A stretch of 64,000 nt of DNA from the human T2T-CHM13v2.0 reference genome, Homo sapiens, in NCBI RefSeq assembly GCF_009914755.1, contig NC_060935.1. One strand, 5' to 3'. The translations under genes and the position numbers were made by a program. The notes under the pieces were generated by a model. It did no database searches. It was given only the letters and a program-made list of their open reading frames with translations, and was not told the origin of the DNA. Positions 61,903 through 64,000 of this stretch are shown here, one piece after another. The stretch's first letter is position 1; the number at the start of each line of letters is the position of its first letter.

Positions 61903-63431
61903 TCTCATGCCTGTTTTCTATTTGATTATTAGTCTTTTCATTGTTGGTTTCAAGGAGCTCTTTATATATTCGAGATTAGCCCTTTGGCTGTGATATGAGA
62001 TAGATCGTATGTGTGTGTATTTATATTTCTATCTCCTAGTTTTTCATTTGTTTTTAGACTTTTACTTGTAATTTTAGTCCTCATTAAGTGTAATGGTCCC
62101 AGAAGATGTAGATACTGCCTTTGTTTCTTTTAGTTCTCCATGTAAAGTGAAATGTCTTTTAGTTGGTATTGCTTCCTTAGTAATAGAGGTAAAGATGGAG
62201 CTGGTATGTTGAGGAGCCTTACAGCTGACCATCATCAGACACCCATAGATTCTGTTTATGTTTCCACAGAGGGTAGCTGTTTCTGACCCTTTTGTTATTT
62301 TCCTTGAGCAAAAGTTGTGGGATCTTAGTGAAATTATAACCACAGTCTCATCCAAGGACACCCTCTGCTCAAGGAGAACCATTAGAACTTTCTTCTGCTT
62401 TATTTGAATTTTAAGGGGAAAAATTGTTCTTTTATCTGCTTAAGAAACTATAACTTAAGAGGGCAAACCAGCAGAATTACTAGATAAGGGAACATACAAT
62501 TTAGAAATTTTAAGTTCTAAAATCATATTGTACCTTCTGCCTCTGTGTAGATATACAGATATCCTGGGAGAAAGGACTGGTTTATCTCATTGAAGCTAAT
62601 GACATGTCGGTTAGGGGATTTTAGGCTATTTGTGGGATTTCTCCCCCTAGGTTTCCCCATAATAAGTGAAAGCGTAATCTAGTCTCTCAGAATAATGATA
62701 TACATTTGTTCAACAATGCTTGGCGAGTTGGGAGCAGCAGGAGTGGGAAAGCTAAAAATTTACATGGTCCGGAGCTTGAGATTGGCAAGACAGAACAGTG
62801 GAAGACCTGGAGGGGGCTGAGGGGACTCAAAGATACCCTGTGGAGCATCATTGAGGGATTTCAGGTGAGGCCAGGTGAGGCTGGTGACTGCTCAGAGATA
62901 GAGCAAGGATTGGAATTTCTCAATGAGGACAAAGACAATAGAAAGTAGGTGTCAGTGAGCGTAAGACATTGGAAGTCTAAGTGATTGCAAAGTATGAGAA
63001 CTTGTAGGTGGAGCAGCTTGCAGAAATGGGAGGTCCAAATATGGATTACGGAAGAAAATTGGGATGAAAGTCACAGTTCTTTCTATCTCTAGGTGTTGGC
63101 TGCTGCTTTTGGCTAGGAAGGAATAATAGAGGTGAGCTGGGTCTCAAAATAGCTCAATAAAGGTTCCTTCCTCTCTGCCGTTTTAAAAATACCAAGCAGC
63201 CTCATTTTAATTTGCATATCCTCTGGCTAGAGGAAGTACTTTAATCAGTACTTCTAATTGTGGAAAAGAAGAGAACATGCCACCACCCGCCCACACATGC
63301 ACACAGAGGATCTGATAATGAAGAATAGTGTTCTCCCACACTAGGACCAAAGCTGCTGGTTTCTCCGTTGCCCTAAGAATCCAGATTGTAGGGCAAAACT
63401 CAAGTCTTGCTCCCATTGTAAAAAGAAGCTC

Positions 63432-63742
63432 TTTTTTCTTTGTTTTTTCAAGACAGGGTATTGCTCTGTTGCCCAGGCTGGAGTGCAGTGGCACAATCAT
63501 GGCTCACCCAGCCTCAAACTTCCAGGCTTCAATCCACCCACCTCAGCCTCCTGAGTAGCTGGGGCTACAGGTGTACGCCAGCATACCTGGCTAATTTTTT
63601 TAAATTTATTTTTTGTAGAGGTGGAGTCTCACTATGTTGCCCAGGCTGGTCTTGAACTCTTGGGTTCAAATGGTCCCCCTCCCTACCCTGGCCTCAGCCT
63701 CCCAAAGTGTTGGGATTACAGGTGTGACCCACTACATCTGGC
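63432..63742 (-). mobile_element. Alu (J-like)
   Basis: Antisense dimer. Confidence 0.9.
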
Positions 63743-64000
63743 AAAAGAGGTTCTTGTTTTTCTGTTTCTTATTTTCCTTTTTGGGAGGGGTGGGGGGAAT
63801 ATGCTCTTGACAGTATATCTCTGAAGGAATTTGACACGATTACCTTCATTATTCTGAGAGCCATCATGCATATGGGATTGTATAAGGGCAGTTACCTAAC
63901 TGAGGCCTTCTGCTTTTCCTTGAGTCATCACTCTGTATTCTCACTACAAGACTATCTTCCCGACTTTACCATTTATTTTTTCCATTTGCTGAATGGTTCC

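Overview
Primate, almost certainly human, genomic DNA containing ~20 kb of upstream sequence, the CpG-island promoter and coding exons 1-5 of SORL1 (SorLA/LR11, a VPS10P-domain endosomal sorting receptor) on the + strand. Exons are at 20518-20802, 38195-38311, 46301-46426, 56377-56538 and 58388-58455, all with GT-AG junctions. They give a continuous frame covering the signal peptide, the propeptide with its RRKR furin site and the first VPS10p blades; the gene continues beyond the window. The rest is non-coding, with ~30 Alus (two nested in opposite orientation), MER39-, MLT1- and LTR33-like LTRs, L1/L2/MIR fragments and small DNA transposons. The most notable unexplained structures are: (1) a ~30-copy 54-bp VNTR in intron 3, bracketed by a splice acceptor in frame with exon 3 and a donor, with an antisense ATG ORF ending at AATAAA; (2) a non-Alu 127-bp inverted duplication 1.7-3 kb upstream of the ATG that duplicates an ETS/PU.1+FOXO motif pair; (3) an in-frame alternative acceptor 210 nt upstream of exon 5; (4) a GT-rich minisatellite after exon 3 with clustered E-boxes. 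Repeat family names and boundaries are by eye and approximate.
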